Shown here in pieces: positions 1 through 8,111 of a stretch of DNA of 64,000 bases. Source of the DNA: Minisyncoccota bacterium (GTDB lineage Bacteria; Patescibacteriota; Minisyncoccia; Phycocordibacterales; UBA9973); NCBI GenBank assembly GCA_035353995.1, contig DAOQAL010000001.1, forward strand, positions 145,464 to 209,463, given 5' to 3'. Numbering within the stretch: position 1 is the first letter of the stretch; the number at the start of each line of letters is the position of its first letter. Both the position numbers and the translations under genes were made by a program. Under the pieces are notes generated by a model. The model made no database searches. It was not told where the DNA came from and was given only the letters and a program-made list of their open reading frames with translations.

Positions 1-2
1 TG

Positions 3-869
3 CAAATTTTTATTCCATATAAAAAATATTCAAAATACTTAAAATATTTATCTTTTGTTCTTTTGGCTTATATTTTTTCGGCATTTTCTGTAAACATTAA
101 TTGGTCTGATCTTTTTCATAATCTTTTTATTCCAGCTTTTTCTTTTTCTAAAAATGAAATTATTTTAATTTGTGCTGCTTTTGGAACGACTATTTCGCCA
201 TATCTTTTTTTCTGGCAGACTTCTCAAGAAGTTGAAGAACAAATAGTCAAAGGGGAGAGAACTGAAGAAAAAAGAAAATCATTGGTTAATGATAATGATA
301 TTCATAAAATGAGAATTGATGTTTGGTCTGGAATGTTACTTTCAAATTTAATTATGTTTTTCATTATAGCTACGTGTGCTGCTGCATTATTTAGCAATGG
401 CATTACAAATATTAATACTGCCGCAGATGCAGCATTAGCATTACGTCCATTTGCTGGCAATTTTGCTTTTTTCCTATTTGCTATTGGAATTTTAGGAGTT
501 GGATTACTCGCTATACCAGTTTTGGCAGGTTCGGCATCTTATGCTTTATCTGAAGCATTTAGTTGGAAATCTGGTTTATATAGAAAATTAAAAAATGCTA
601 CTTCTTTTTATGGTGTAATAATAATCGCTATGATTTTGGGTATTTCATTGAATTTCATAGGCCTAGATCCTATAAAAGCATTAATTTATTCAGCAGTGTT
701 AAATGGTATAATTTCTCCAATCGTATTATTATTAATTGTAAAAATTAGTGGCAGTGAGGAAATAATGGGACAATTTAAAACAAAAAGAGTTGGGAATATA
801 ATAGGATGGTTAGCTGTTGGTATTTTATTTGTTGTTAGTATCTCAACGATTATTTTTCTCTTTATTTAA
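3..869 (+). CDS. NRAMP-family divalent metal transporter (MntH-like), 5'-truncated by window edge
   Basis: Frame open from nt 3 with no upstream stop; multi-TM C-terminal region with NRAMP-like segment FAIGILGVGLLAIPVLAGSASYAL. Confidence 0.5.
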   Translation, partial: QIFIPYKKYSKYLKYLSFVLLAYIFSAFSVNINWSDLFHNLFIPAFSFSKNEIILICAAFGTTISPYLFFWQTSQEVEEQIVKGERTEEKRKSLVNDNDIHKMRIDVWSGMLLSNLIMFFIIATCAAALFSNGITNINTAADAALALRPFAGNFAFFLFAIGILGVGLLAIPVLAGSASYALSEAFSWKSGLYRKLKNATSFYGVIIIAMILGISLNFIGLDPIKALIYSAVLNGIISPIVLLLIVKISGSEEIMGQFKTKRVGNIIGWLAVGILFVVSISTIIFLFI

Positions 870-873
870 ATTT

Positions 874-1887
874 ATGGAAATAAAAACAAATTATGATTTA
901 ACAAAATTAAATACATTTGGTATACGAGCAGAAACAAAATTTTTTGCTGAGATAAATTCAGAAAATGATTTGAAGGAATTATTTAATTCTGCAGAATTTA
1001 AAAATAACGAAAAATTATTTTTAGGTTATGGTAGTAATATATTATTTACTAATAATTTTTCAGGAATTGTTGTTGTTAATAGACTAAAAGGCATAGAAAT
1101 AATAAGTGAAGATGAAAATCACATATTAATAAAAGCAAATGGCGGAGAAAAATGGAATGATTTAGTTCAATTTGTAGTAGAAAAAGGGTATTGGGGAATA
1201 GAAAATCTTGCATTGGTACCTGGTTCTGTTGGAGCTACTCCTGTTCAAAATATTGGTGCTTATGGTGTTGAAGTTAAAGATTCTATTGAAAATGTTGAAG
1301 CTTTTAATATAGAGAATGGAGAAAAAAGAATTTTTTCTAATGCAGAGTGTAAATTTGGTTACAGGGACAGTATTTTTAAAAATGAGTTAAAAGGAAAATA
1401 TTTTATTTCTGCTGTAATTTTTAAATTAAACAAAAAAGAAAATCAAAAATTGGATTATAAAGTTTTGCGAGATTATATTGAAAAAAATAATGTGAAAATT
1501 TTATCATCAAAAGATGTAAGTGAAGCAGTTTCAAATATACGTCGTAGCAAATTGCCTGATCCAAAAATTTTAGGTAATGCTGGAAGTTTTTTCAAAAATG
1601 CTTTAGTGGAAGAAAAAAAATTAAAAGAAATGGAAACAGCTTTTGGGTGTATACCTTCTTTCGGTGAGGGAAATATAAGAAAAATACCATCTGGCTGGCT
1701 TATTGAACAATGTGGTTGGAAAGGTAAAAAAGTTGGTAATGTTGGCGTATATGAAAAACAAGCTTTAATAATAGTAAATTATGGTGGTGCAACTGGCACT
1801 GAAGTTAAAAATTTGGCTGAAAATATAATTAAATCTGTTAATGAAAAATTTGGACTTGAAATAAGCCCAGAAGTCAATTTGATTTAA
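874..1887 (+). CDS. murB: UDP-N-acetylenolpyruvoylglucosamine reductase
   Basis: FAD-binding and MurB C-terminal motifs (GYGSNILF, GGEKWNDLV, LALVPGSVGATPVQNIGAYG); ATG at 874 after in-frame junk of ORF-track start. Confidence 0.85.
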   Translation: MEIKTNYDLTKLNTFGIRAETKFFAEINSENDLKELFNSAEFKNNEKLFLGYGSNILFTNNFSGIVVVNRLKGIEIISEDENHILIKANGGEKWNDLVQFVVEKGYWGIENLALVPGSVGATPVQNIGAYGVEVKDSIENVEAFNIENGEKRIFSNAECKFGYRDSIFKNELKGKYFISAVIFKLNKKENQKLDYKVLRDYIEKNNVKILSSKDVSEAVSNIRRSKLPDPKILGNAGSFFKNALVEEKKLKEMETAFGCIPSFGEGNIRKIPSGWLIEQCGWKGKKVGNVGVYEKQALIIVNYGGATGTEVKNLAENIIKSVNEKFGLEISPEVNLI

Positions 1888-1939
1888 AATATTTCGGGTT
1901 GTATAATCAACCTTATTAGAAGAATAATAAATTAAGATT

Positions 1940-2425
1940 ATGGAAAAAAATAAAAAAAATATGGTGGTTTGGTTTTTGATAGTTCTAATTGTTATTGCAT
2001 TTTTCGTTTACATTACAATTAAGAGTAGCAACTCCACAAAACAAGTTGGAGATGAACAAAATATAAATATGAATAATTCACAAGTAGAAGGAGTAAAAGT
2101 TACTGTTTTACAAGAAGGTACAGGAGATGTTGTAAAATCCGGTGATACAGTTGCTGTAAATTACACTGGAAAGTTTACTGATGGAACAGCTTTTGATTCA
2201 AATATTGATCCAAAGTTTGAACACGTACAACCATTTGTTTTCACAGTTGGTGCTGGACAAGTAATAAAAGGTTGGGATGTTGGAGTTGAAGGAATGAAAA
2301 TTGGAGAAAAAAGAAGTCTTGAGATAGCTCCAGAATTTGCTTATGGAGAAAATGGAGCGGGTGAAATAATACCTCCAAATACTACTCTTATTTTTGAGGT
2401 TGAACTTTTGTCAATTAAAAAATAA
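1940..2425 (+). CDS. FKBP-type peptidyl-prolyl cis-trans isomerase with N-terminal TM anchor
   Basis: FKBP domain motifs (GDTVAVNYTGKFTDGTAFDS, VIKGWDVGVEGMKIGEKR, LIFEVELL). Confidence 0.8.
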   Translation: MEKNKKNMVVWFLIVLIVIAFFVYITIKSSNSTKQVGDEQNINMNNSQVEGVKVTVLQEGTGDVVKSGDTVAVNYTGKFTDGTAFDSNIDPKFEHVQPFVFTVGAGQVIKGWDVGVEGMKIGEKRSLEIAPEFAYGENGAGEIIPPNTTLIFEVELLSIKK

Positions 2426-2448
2426 TTACCTTTTGGTAAAATAAATCT

Positions 2449-3234
2449 ATGACAGAAAATTTAAAAACAAACAAAAAATGTTGGATTACAATGGCTATTG
2501 TAGCTATCGTTCTATGCGCAGGGTTAGTATATATGTGTTTGGAATGTTTTGGTGATAAGAATGAAAACATAAATGTAATTGCTATTTCTGGACACGGAGA
2601 AGTAAGTGCTACTCCTGATATTGCAAATATAAGCATCACTATATCTAAAGAAGCTAAAACAGTAAAAGAAGCACAAGAAGAAGTTGCAAAAGTTGAAAAA
2701 GAAGTTTTAAATTTGTTGAAAACAAACTCTGTTGATGATAAGGATATAAAAACAATAAATTCTTCTTTTAATCCTACTTATGAATATAAGTATGTTTCAA
2801 GCTACTGTACGCAATATAGCTGTCCTTCTTCTGGCAATAGAGTAATTGTTGGCTATGAAGCATATGAAAATATTTCTATAAAAATTAGAAATATAGATGA
2901 TTCAGGTAAAATAATACAAGGTCTTGGTGCATTAGGTTTGTCAGAGTTGTCAGGACCAAATTTTGCTATTGATAAAGAAGATGAATTAAAAGCAGAAGCT
3001 CGCAAAGAAGCCATTGATGATGCTCAATCTAAAGCAAAAAAATTGGCAAAAGATTTAGGTATAAAATTAGGTGATATAACGTCATTTAATGAGAATGGTA
3101 ATTACCCATCACGATTATATGCAAGTGATATGAGCGCAAAATTAGAAAGTGTAAATACGGCTTATGTGGCAGAACTTCCAAAAGGAGAGAATACTATAAC
3201 TTCTGATGTTACAATAACCTACGAAATAAGATAA
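2449..3234 (+). CDS. SIMPL/DUF541-family periplasmic protein
   Basis: N-terminal TM, SIMPL-like pattern (ISGHGEVSATPDIANISITI ... KEAQEEV). Confidence 0.55.
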   Translation: MTENLKTNKKCWITMAIVAIVLCAGLVYMCLECFGDKNENINVIAISGHGEVSATPDIANISITISKEAKTVKEAQEEVAKVEKEVLNLLKTNSVDDKDIKTINSSFNPTYEYKYVSSYCTQYSCPSSGNRVIVGYEAYENISIKIRNIDDSGKIIQGLGALGLSELSGPNFAIDKEDELKAEARKEAIDDAQSKAKKLAKDLGIKLGDITSFNENGNYPSRLYASDMSAKLESVNTAYVAELPKGENTITSDVTITYEIR

Positions 3235-3276
3235 AAACCAACGGTTGACTATTCTCCAAGAAAAGAGTATATTAAA

Positions 3277-3301
3277 AGAGCCCTTGAAAGGGGCTTTTTT
3301 A
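3277..3301 (+). terminator. Intrinsic terminator after SIMPL gene
   Basis: Hairpin AGCCC-ttgaaag-GGGCT followed by T6. Confidence 0.5.
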
Positions 3302-3321
3302 AAATAAAAAAAATAAATTTT

Positions 3322-3507
3322 ATGTCAAAGTCAAGCGAGTATTTTCAAGATATTAAGTCAGAGCTAAAACACGTTAATTGGCCTACTAAAAAACAAACAA
3401 TTGCTTATACAGTAATTGTAATTGTGCTTTCTATTTTAGTAGCATACTTCTTGGGACTATTTGATTTCATTTTCTCAACAGGTTTGGGAAAAATTATTTC
3501 ATTTTAA
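3322..3507 (+). CDS. secE: Preprotein translocase subunit SecE
   Basis: 61 aa, single C-terminal TM, position immediately upstream of nusG. Confidence 0.75.
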   Translation: MSKSSEYFQDIKSELKHVNWPTKKQTIAYTVIVIVLSILVAYFLGLFDFIFSTGLGKIISF

Positions 3508-3517
3508 TTTTTAATTT

Positions 3518-4063
3518 ATGTCAAAACAAGAAATACAAGGGGTAAGGAATTGGTATGCAATTCATACTTATGCCGGATATGAAAATGCGGTTCTTCGTAA
3601 TTTAAAGCAAAGAATAGATTCTCTTGGTATGAATGATAAAATTTTTAATGTCATTGTTCCAGTAGAAAAGAAAATAAAAATAAAAGCAGGTAAGAGAGTT
3701 GAAGTAGAAGAGAAAATTTACCCAGGATATGTTTTAGTAGATATGATTGTAACAGATGATTCTTGGTATGTTGTTAGAAATACACCAAGAGTAACAGGAT
3801 TTGTTGGGGCAGGAGTAAATCCAGTACCTTTGAAAAAAGATGAAGTAGATTATCTATTTAAGAAAATGGATACAAGTACAGTTAAACATAAAATGGATAT
3901 TGCAATTGGTGAGACGATAAGAATTGTTGATGGACCATTTAAAGATCTTGAGGGAAAAGTAAATTCACTAGATCAGGAGCGTGGAAAAATAAAGGTTCTT
4001 GTCTCTATGTTTGGTCGTGAGACACCAGTAGAATTAGATTTCTTGCAAGTTAAAAAAATATAA
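3518..4063 (+). CDS. nusG: Transcription termination/antitermination factor NusG
   Basis: NGN domain (WYAIHTYAGYE) and C-terminal KOW (GETIRIVDGPFKDLEGKV). Confidence 0.85.
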   Translation: MSKQEIQGVRNWYAIHTYAGYENAVLRNLKQRIDSLGMNDKIFNVIVPVEKKIKIKAGKRVEVEEKIYPGYVLVDMIVTDDSWYVVRNTPRVTGFVGAGVNPVPLKKDEVDYLFKKMDTSTVKHKMDIAIGETIRIVDGPFKDLEGKVNSLDQERGKIKVLVSMFGRETPVELDFLQVKKI

Positions 4064-4077
4064 GTTAATGTAAAAAT

Positions 4078-4503
4078 ATGGCAAAGAAAATAACAAAAAA
4101 AATTAAATTACAAATTCAGGCAGCTAAAGCAACACCAGCACCACCACTTGGTCCGGCTCTTGGACAGGCAGGTATAAACATTGGTGATTTCGTAACAAAA
4201 TTCAATGCTGCTACTCAAAAAATGGCAGGAGATAAGGTTGGAGTAGTAGTTTCAGTTTATGATGATAGATCTTATGATTTCGTAATTAAGACTCCACCAA
4301 TTACTGGTTTGATTCTTAAAGCAGCTGGAATAGAGAAAGGCTCAGGGAAGAATGCAACTCACAAAGTCGGAAAAATTACGAAAGCTCAGGCTTTAGAAAT
4401 TGCTAAGAAGAAAATGCAAGACTTGAATTCAAAAGATGATGCAGGAGCAATAAATATAGTAGCAGGCTCTGCTCGTTCCATGGGTATTGAAGTTAAAGAC
4501 TAA
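4078..4503 (+). CDS. rplK: 50S ribosomal protein L11
   Basis: [35 protein letters not shown]. Confidence 0.9.
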   Translation: MAKKITKKIKLQIQAAKATPAPPLGPALGQAGINIGDFVTKFNAATQKMAGDKVGVVVSVYDDRSYDFVIKTPPITGLILKAAGIEKGSGKNATHKVGKITKAQALEIAKKKMQDLNSKDDAGAINIVAGSARSMGIEVKD

Positions 4504-4510
4504 TAAAAAA

Positions 4511-4539
4511 AGACCAGCGAAAGCTGGTCTTTTGTTTTT
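4511..4539 (+). terminator. Intrinsic terminator directly after rplK
   Basis: 8-bp perfect stem AGACCAGC-gaaa-GCTGGTCT followed by TTTGTTTTT. Confidence 0.7.
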
Positions 4540-4558
4540 AGCAAGGTATAATCTTAGT

Positions 4559-5080
4559 ATGAAAAAACAAAACAAAATAATAAAAAAAGAAGAAGTAAAA
4601 AAATATAAAAGGCCGTCTTGGGATGAATATTTTATTGATATTATGCACGCTGTTGGTGAAAGGGGAACATGTGACAGGGGAAGAGTTGGTTCTGTAATAG
4701 TAAAAGAAAAAAGATTGATTTCTGCTGGGTATGTTGGTGCTCCAGCAAAATGTAAAAGTTGTGACGAGATTGGTCATGAGATGCATACAGTTACTCAGGA
4801 AGATGGAACACAATCACGACACTGCATTAGGACTGCTCACGCTGAAACAAATGCCATTATTCAGGCGGCACGTTTTGGAATTAGTACAGAAGGTGCGACT
4901 TTATATTGTATGATGACTCCTTGCTATGCTTGTGCAAAAAATATAATCAATGCTGGTATTTCCAGAGTTGTTTCCGAAAAAGATTATCACGCAGGGAAAA
5001 GAAGTAAAGAGATTTTTAAAGAAGCAAAAGTAAAATACGAATTATTAAACGATATTTTAGTTAAATATAAAGATCAATAA
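4559..5080 (+). CDS. dCMP deaminase (cytidine/deoxycytidylate deaminase family)
   Basis: HAETNAI zinc-ligand motif and PCYACAKNII; ATG at 4559 chosen because the ORF-track N-terminal extension spans the rplK terminator. Confidence 0.8.
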   Translation: MKKQNKIIKKEEVKKYKRPSWDEYFIDIMHAVGERGTCDRGRVGSVIVKEKRLISAGYVGAPAKCKSCDEIGHEMHTVTQEDGTQSRHCIRTAHAETNAIIQAARFGISTEGATLYCMMTPCYACAKNIINAGISRVVSEKDYHAGKRSKEIFKEAKVKYELLNDILVKYKDQ

Positions 5081-5081
5081 T

Positions 5082-5633
5082 ATGTCTAAGATAATTATCG
5101 GTTTAGTGGGTTCATTGGCTAGCGGGAAAGAGACTATAAAAAAATATTTAGTGGAAAAAAATAATGCAAAAGATTGCAAATTTTCTTCTATTTTGAGAGA
5201 TGTTTTAAATAGGTTATCTGTGCCAATAAGTAGAGAAAATTTGCAGAAAGTTTCTACCGTTTTGCGTGAAAATTTTGGTGAGGATTTACTTGCTAGTGCT
5301 ATTGCTACTGATGCATCCAAATTGGATGCTGATATCGTTGTTATAGATGGTGTCAGAAGATTTACAGATATTGAACACTTAAAAGATTTACCAAATTTCG
5401 TTTTAGTAAAAATAGATGCTGATCCAAAATTGAGATATGAGAGAATGAAATTGAGAAACGAAAACGTAGGAGATGATAAAAAAACTTTTGAAGAATTTAT
5501 GAAAGATCACGAAGCAGAAGCAGATAAACAAATTCCTGAAGTTATGAAAACAGCAAAATATGAAATCATAAATAATGGCTCTTTTGAAGATTTATATAAG
5601 CAATTAGATGAGCTAATTGCTAAGCTTTCTTAG
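5082..5633 (+). CDS. P-loop nucleotide/nucleoside kinase-like protein (possibly dNMP kinase or dephospho-CoA kinase-like)
   Basis: Walker A GLVGSLASGKET at N-terminus; ~180 aa; sits in nucleotide-metabolism cluster. Confidence 0.45.
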   Translation: MSKIIIGLVGSLASGKETIKKYLVEKNNAKDCKFSSILRDVLNRLSVPISRENLQKVSTVLRENFGEDLLASAIATDASKLDADIVVIDGVRRFTDIEHLKDLPNFVLVKIDADPKLRYERMKLRNENVGDDKKTFEEFMKDHEAEADKQIPEVMKTAKYEIINNGSFEDLYKQLDELIAKLS

Positions 5634-6150
5634 TATATTCAACGAATTCTAAATCGTATTTATTTAAATCGTCTTTTGAATATTTTTGACTGGTAGTTTT
5701 TTGCCAGATATTTTCGTCTATTTCGGGAAAGAATATTTCAGCATCTGGAAATTCTGCATCAACGTGCGTTATATAAAGTTTGTCTGCTTTTTCTATCATA
5801 ATTCTATATATAGAGCCACCACCAATGACAAAAACTTCTTCGTTTTCTTGTGTTGTGTTTTTCAATAAATCTAAAAGTTCATCTATTGAATGAACTATTT
5901 CTGCGCCTTCTATTTTTAAATTAGAATCTTGGGAAATTATTATATTTCTTCTATTTGGCAAAAGTCTGCCAATCTGTTTTCCAGAAGTGTCTTTGCCCAA
6001 AGATTCAAAAGTTTTTTGCCCCATAATTACTGTATGTCCAGAAGTTGTTTCTTTGAAGTGTTTCATATCTGCAGGTAAATTCCAAAGAAGATCATTCTTT
6101 TTTCCGATTTCGTTATTTTTACCAATTGCTGAAATTATTGAGATAATCAT
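5620..6150 (-). CDS. folA: Dihydrofolate reductase
   Basis: MIISIISAIGKNNEIGKKNDLLWNLPADMKHFKETTSGHTVIMGQKTFESLG ... VIGGGSIY. Confidence 0.85.
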   Translation of the reverse strand: MIISIISAIGKNNEIGKKNDLLWNLPADMKHFKETTSGHTVIMGQKTFESLGKDTSGKQIGRLLPNRRNIIISQDSNLKIEGAEIVHSIDELLDLLKNTTQENEEVFVIGGGSIYRIMIEKADKLYITHVDAEFPDAEIFFPEIDENIWQKTTSQKYSKDDLNKYDLEFVEYTKKA

Positions 6151-6156
6151 ATTTTT

Positions 6157-7029
6157 TTAAACAGCTATTTCAAAAGGAATTTTGTCGTAGCTTTGATAGT
6201 TTAATAATTTTGTATCTTCAGAATGCCAATCGAAAATGGATTTCCAATTTTCTGTTTCTATCTTTGGTAGGGGATATTTATTGTAGTCTCGTGATAATTG
6301 TTCTTTAACACCTTCTAAATGATTTTCATAAATATGAACATCGGACAAAAAGCCAACCAATTTTCCTTCTTGTAAATTGGCTTCTTTTGCTAACAAGTGA
6401 AGAAATAATGCATAACTTGCAATGTTAAATGGAAGTCCAAGCATTGTATCAACAGAACGTTGGTTCCAAAGAAGATTCAATTTTCCATCTATTACTGTTA
6501 CCTGAAAAGCATAGTGACATGGTGGCAATGCCATTTCATTAAACTGAAGTGGATTCCATGCACTTACTATCATTCGGCGGTCGCGTGGATCTGTTTTTAA
6601 TGTTTCAATTATATTTTTTAATTGGTCAATTCCTTTTCCAGTGTAGTTTGAATCATAATTTTCATAAGGTGCATTAAAGTGTCGCCATTGAAAACCATAA
6701 ATTGGTCCTAAATCTCTTTCTTCAAGCATTTTTTTCTTTGCTTCTTGATCGTGTCCATACGGAGCTTTTTGTGGTTTTGCCCATTCATCCCAAATGTGAT
6801 TGTTCTTAGCCTGTAGCCATTGTTTGTCAGTTATGCCATTTATAAAAAATTCTAGTTCTGAAGCTATAAGTTTAAATGGAGTTTTTTTTGTTGTTAGGAG
6901 AGGAAAACCATTTGACATATCATGCTCGAATATTGCTCCAGCGATAGTATAAGCTTGTATGCCAGTTCTGGTCTCCACTTTTTTGCCTTCTTTCAAAATT
7001 TTTTGAATTATGTCTATGTATGCTTTCAT
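6157..7029 (-). CDS. thyA: Thymidylate synthase
   Basis: ThyA motifs incl. active-site PPCHYAFQ; start taken at internal Met (MKAYIDII). Confidence 0.9.
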   Translation of the reverse strand: MKAYIDIIQKILKEGKKVETRTGIQAYTIAGAIFEHDMSNGFPLLTTKKTPFKLIASELEFFINGITDKQWLQAKNNHIWDEWAKPQKAPYGHDQEAKKKMLEERDLGPIYGFQWRHFNAPYENYDSNYTGKGIDQLKNIIETLKTDPRDRRMIVSAWNPLQFNEMALPPCHYAFQVTVIDGKLNLLWNQRSVDTMLGLPFNIASYALFLHLLAKEANLQEGKLVGFLSDVHIYENHLEGVKEQLSRDYNKYPLPKIETENWKSIFDWHSEDTKLLNYQSYDKIPFEIAV

Positions 7030-7045
7030 GTAGTTATTATAACAG

Positions 7046-7072
7046 AAAACCACCCGAAGGTGGTTTTTTTAT
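7046..7072. terminator. Hairpin/T-tract between thyA start and rpmB end (likely rpmB terminator, bidirectional-looking)
   Basis: AACCACC-cgaa-GGTGGTT followed by T7 on + strand; A/T-rich on - strand. Confidence 0.45.
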
Positions 7073-7075
7073 TAT

Positions 7076-7321
7076 CTATTTTACTATTCCAGCTTTCTTT
7101 AGTGTTTTATAGGTACCATTCTTTTTCATTGTTCGCATACCTTTCGTTGAAACTTTGATTATTACTGTTTTATTTAATTCAGGAACAAAAATTCTCTTCT
7201 TTTGAAGATTTGTGAACTTCCTTTTCTTCCCAGTTGGATTAAATTTAGTTGCACGAGTTCTGTTCGAATATCCTCCTCCCACTATTGAGCTTTTTTTTGT
7301 TATCTTGCAAATTTTTGCCAT
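7076..7321 (-). CDS. rpmB: 50S ribosomal protein L28
   Basis: MAKICKITKKSSIVGGGYSNRTRATKFNPTGKKRKFTNLQKKRIFVPE. Confidence 0.8.
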   Translation of the reverse strand: MAKICKITKKSSIVGGGYSNRTRATKFNPTGKKRKFTNLQKKRIFVPELNKTVIIKVSTKGMRTMKKNGTYKTLKKAGIVK

Positions 7322-7419
7322 TCCATTAAAAAATTTAAATTATAATTTTATATTTTGATACAAGTTCATTGACTTTTCAATGAGACAAGTAAGTTTTCCT
7401 ATGTTATCATAAAAATAAC

Positions 7420-8040
7420 ATGGACGCAACCAATGCAATATTTTATATAGCTATATTAATAATGTCTGTCGTAATTCATGAAGTTTCGCATGGATTTATG
7501 GCACGACATTTTGGAGATCAAACAGCATACCTTGCTGGCAGACTTACGCTAAATCCTTTTAGGCATTTAGATTTATTCGGCTCTGTCTTATTGCCTGCAA
7601 TTCTTGTATTAACAAATTCTCCTTTTTTAATTGGTTGGGCAAAACCAGTACCATACAATCCTAATAATTTTAAAAATAAAAAAATGGGTACCATAGCTGT
7701 AGCGGCAGCGGGAGTATTGGCAAATTTATTTATAGCAGTTTTTTTTGGTTTAATTTTACGTTTTTCTGTTGGATTAAATGCACCAGAGGGTTTTTATTTG
7801 ATTATTTCTTCAATTGTAATTGTTAATCTTGCATTGGCAATATTTAATCTAGTTCCTATTCCACCACTTGATGGCTCAAAAATTCTTTTTAACCTACTAC
7901 CACCTTCTTTTTATAATGCTATAGCAGTAATTGAAAGATACTCCCTTGTATTTATAATCATATTTTTAGTATTTTTATCTAATTATTTAGTGCCTGTTTT
8001 AACATTTCTTTATAAGGTTATTACAGGTTTTTCTTTGTAA
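7420..8040 (+). CDS. Site-2 protease family (peptidase M50) integral membrane metalloprotease
   Basis: HEVSHG (HExxH) in TM1 region and downstream LDG motif (PPLDGSKIL); multiple TM segments. Confidence 0.7.
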   Translation: MDATNAIFYIAILIMSVVIHEVSHGFMARHFGDQTAYLAGRLTLNPFRHLDLFGSVLLPAILVLTNSPFLIGWAKPVPYNPNNFKNKKMGTIAVAAAGVLANLFIAVFFGLILRFSVGLNAPEGFYLIISSIVIVNLALAIFNLVPIPPLDGSKILFNLLPPSFYNAIAVIERYSLVFIIIFLVFLSNYLVPVLTFLYKVITGFSL

Positions 8041-8111
8041 CATTTATAGCTTGTAGTTTATACACATGTTTCGTTGTTTTACAAAAAACTACTGTATAAT
8101 TATATATGTAA

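Noticed and set aside
4487-4558. N-terminal extension of the dCMP deaminase ORF ([24 protein letters not shown])
   Set aside because: The extension is translated straight through the rplK terminator hairpin; the true start is most likely ATG 4559.
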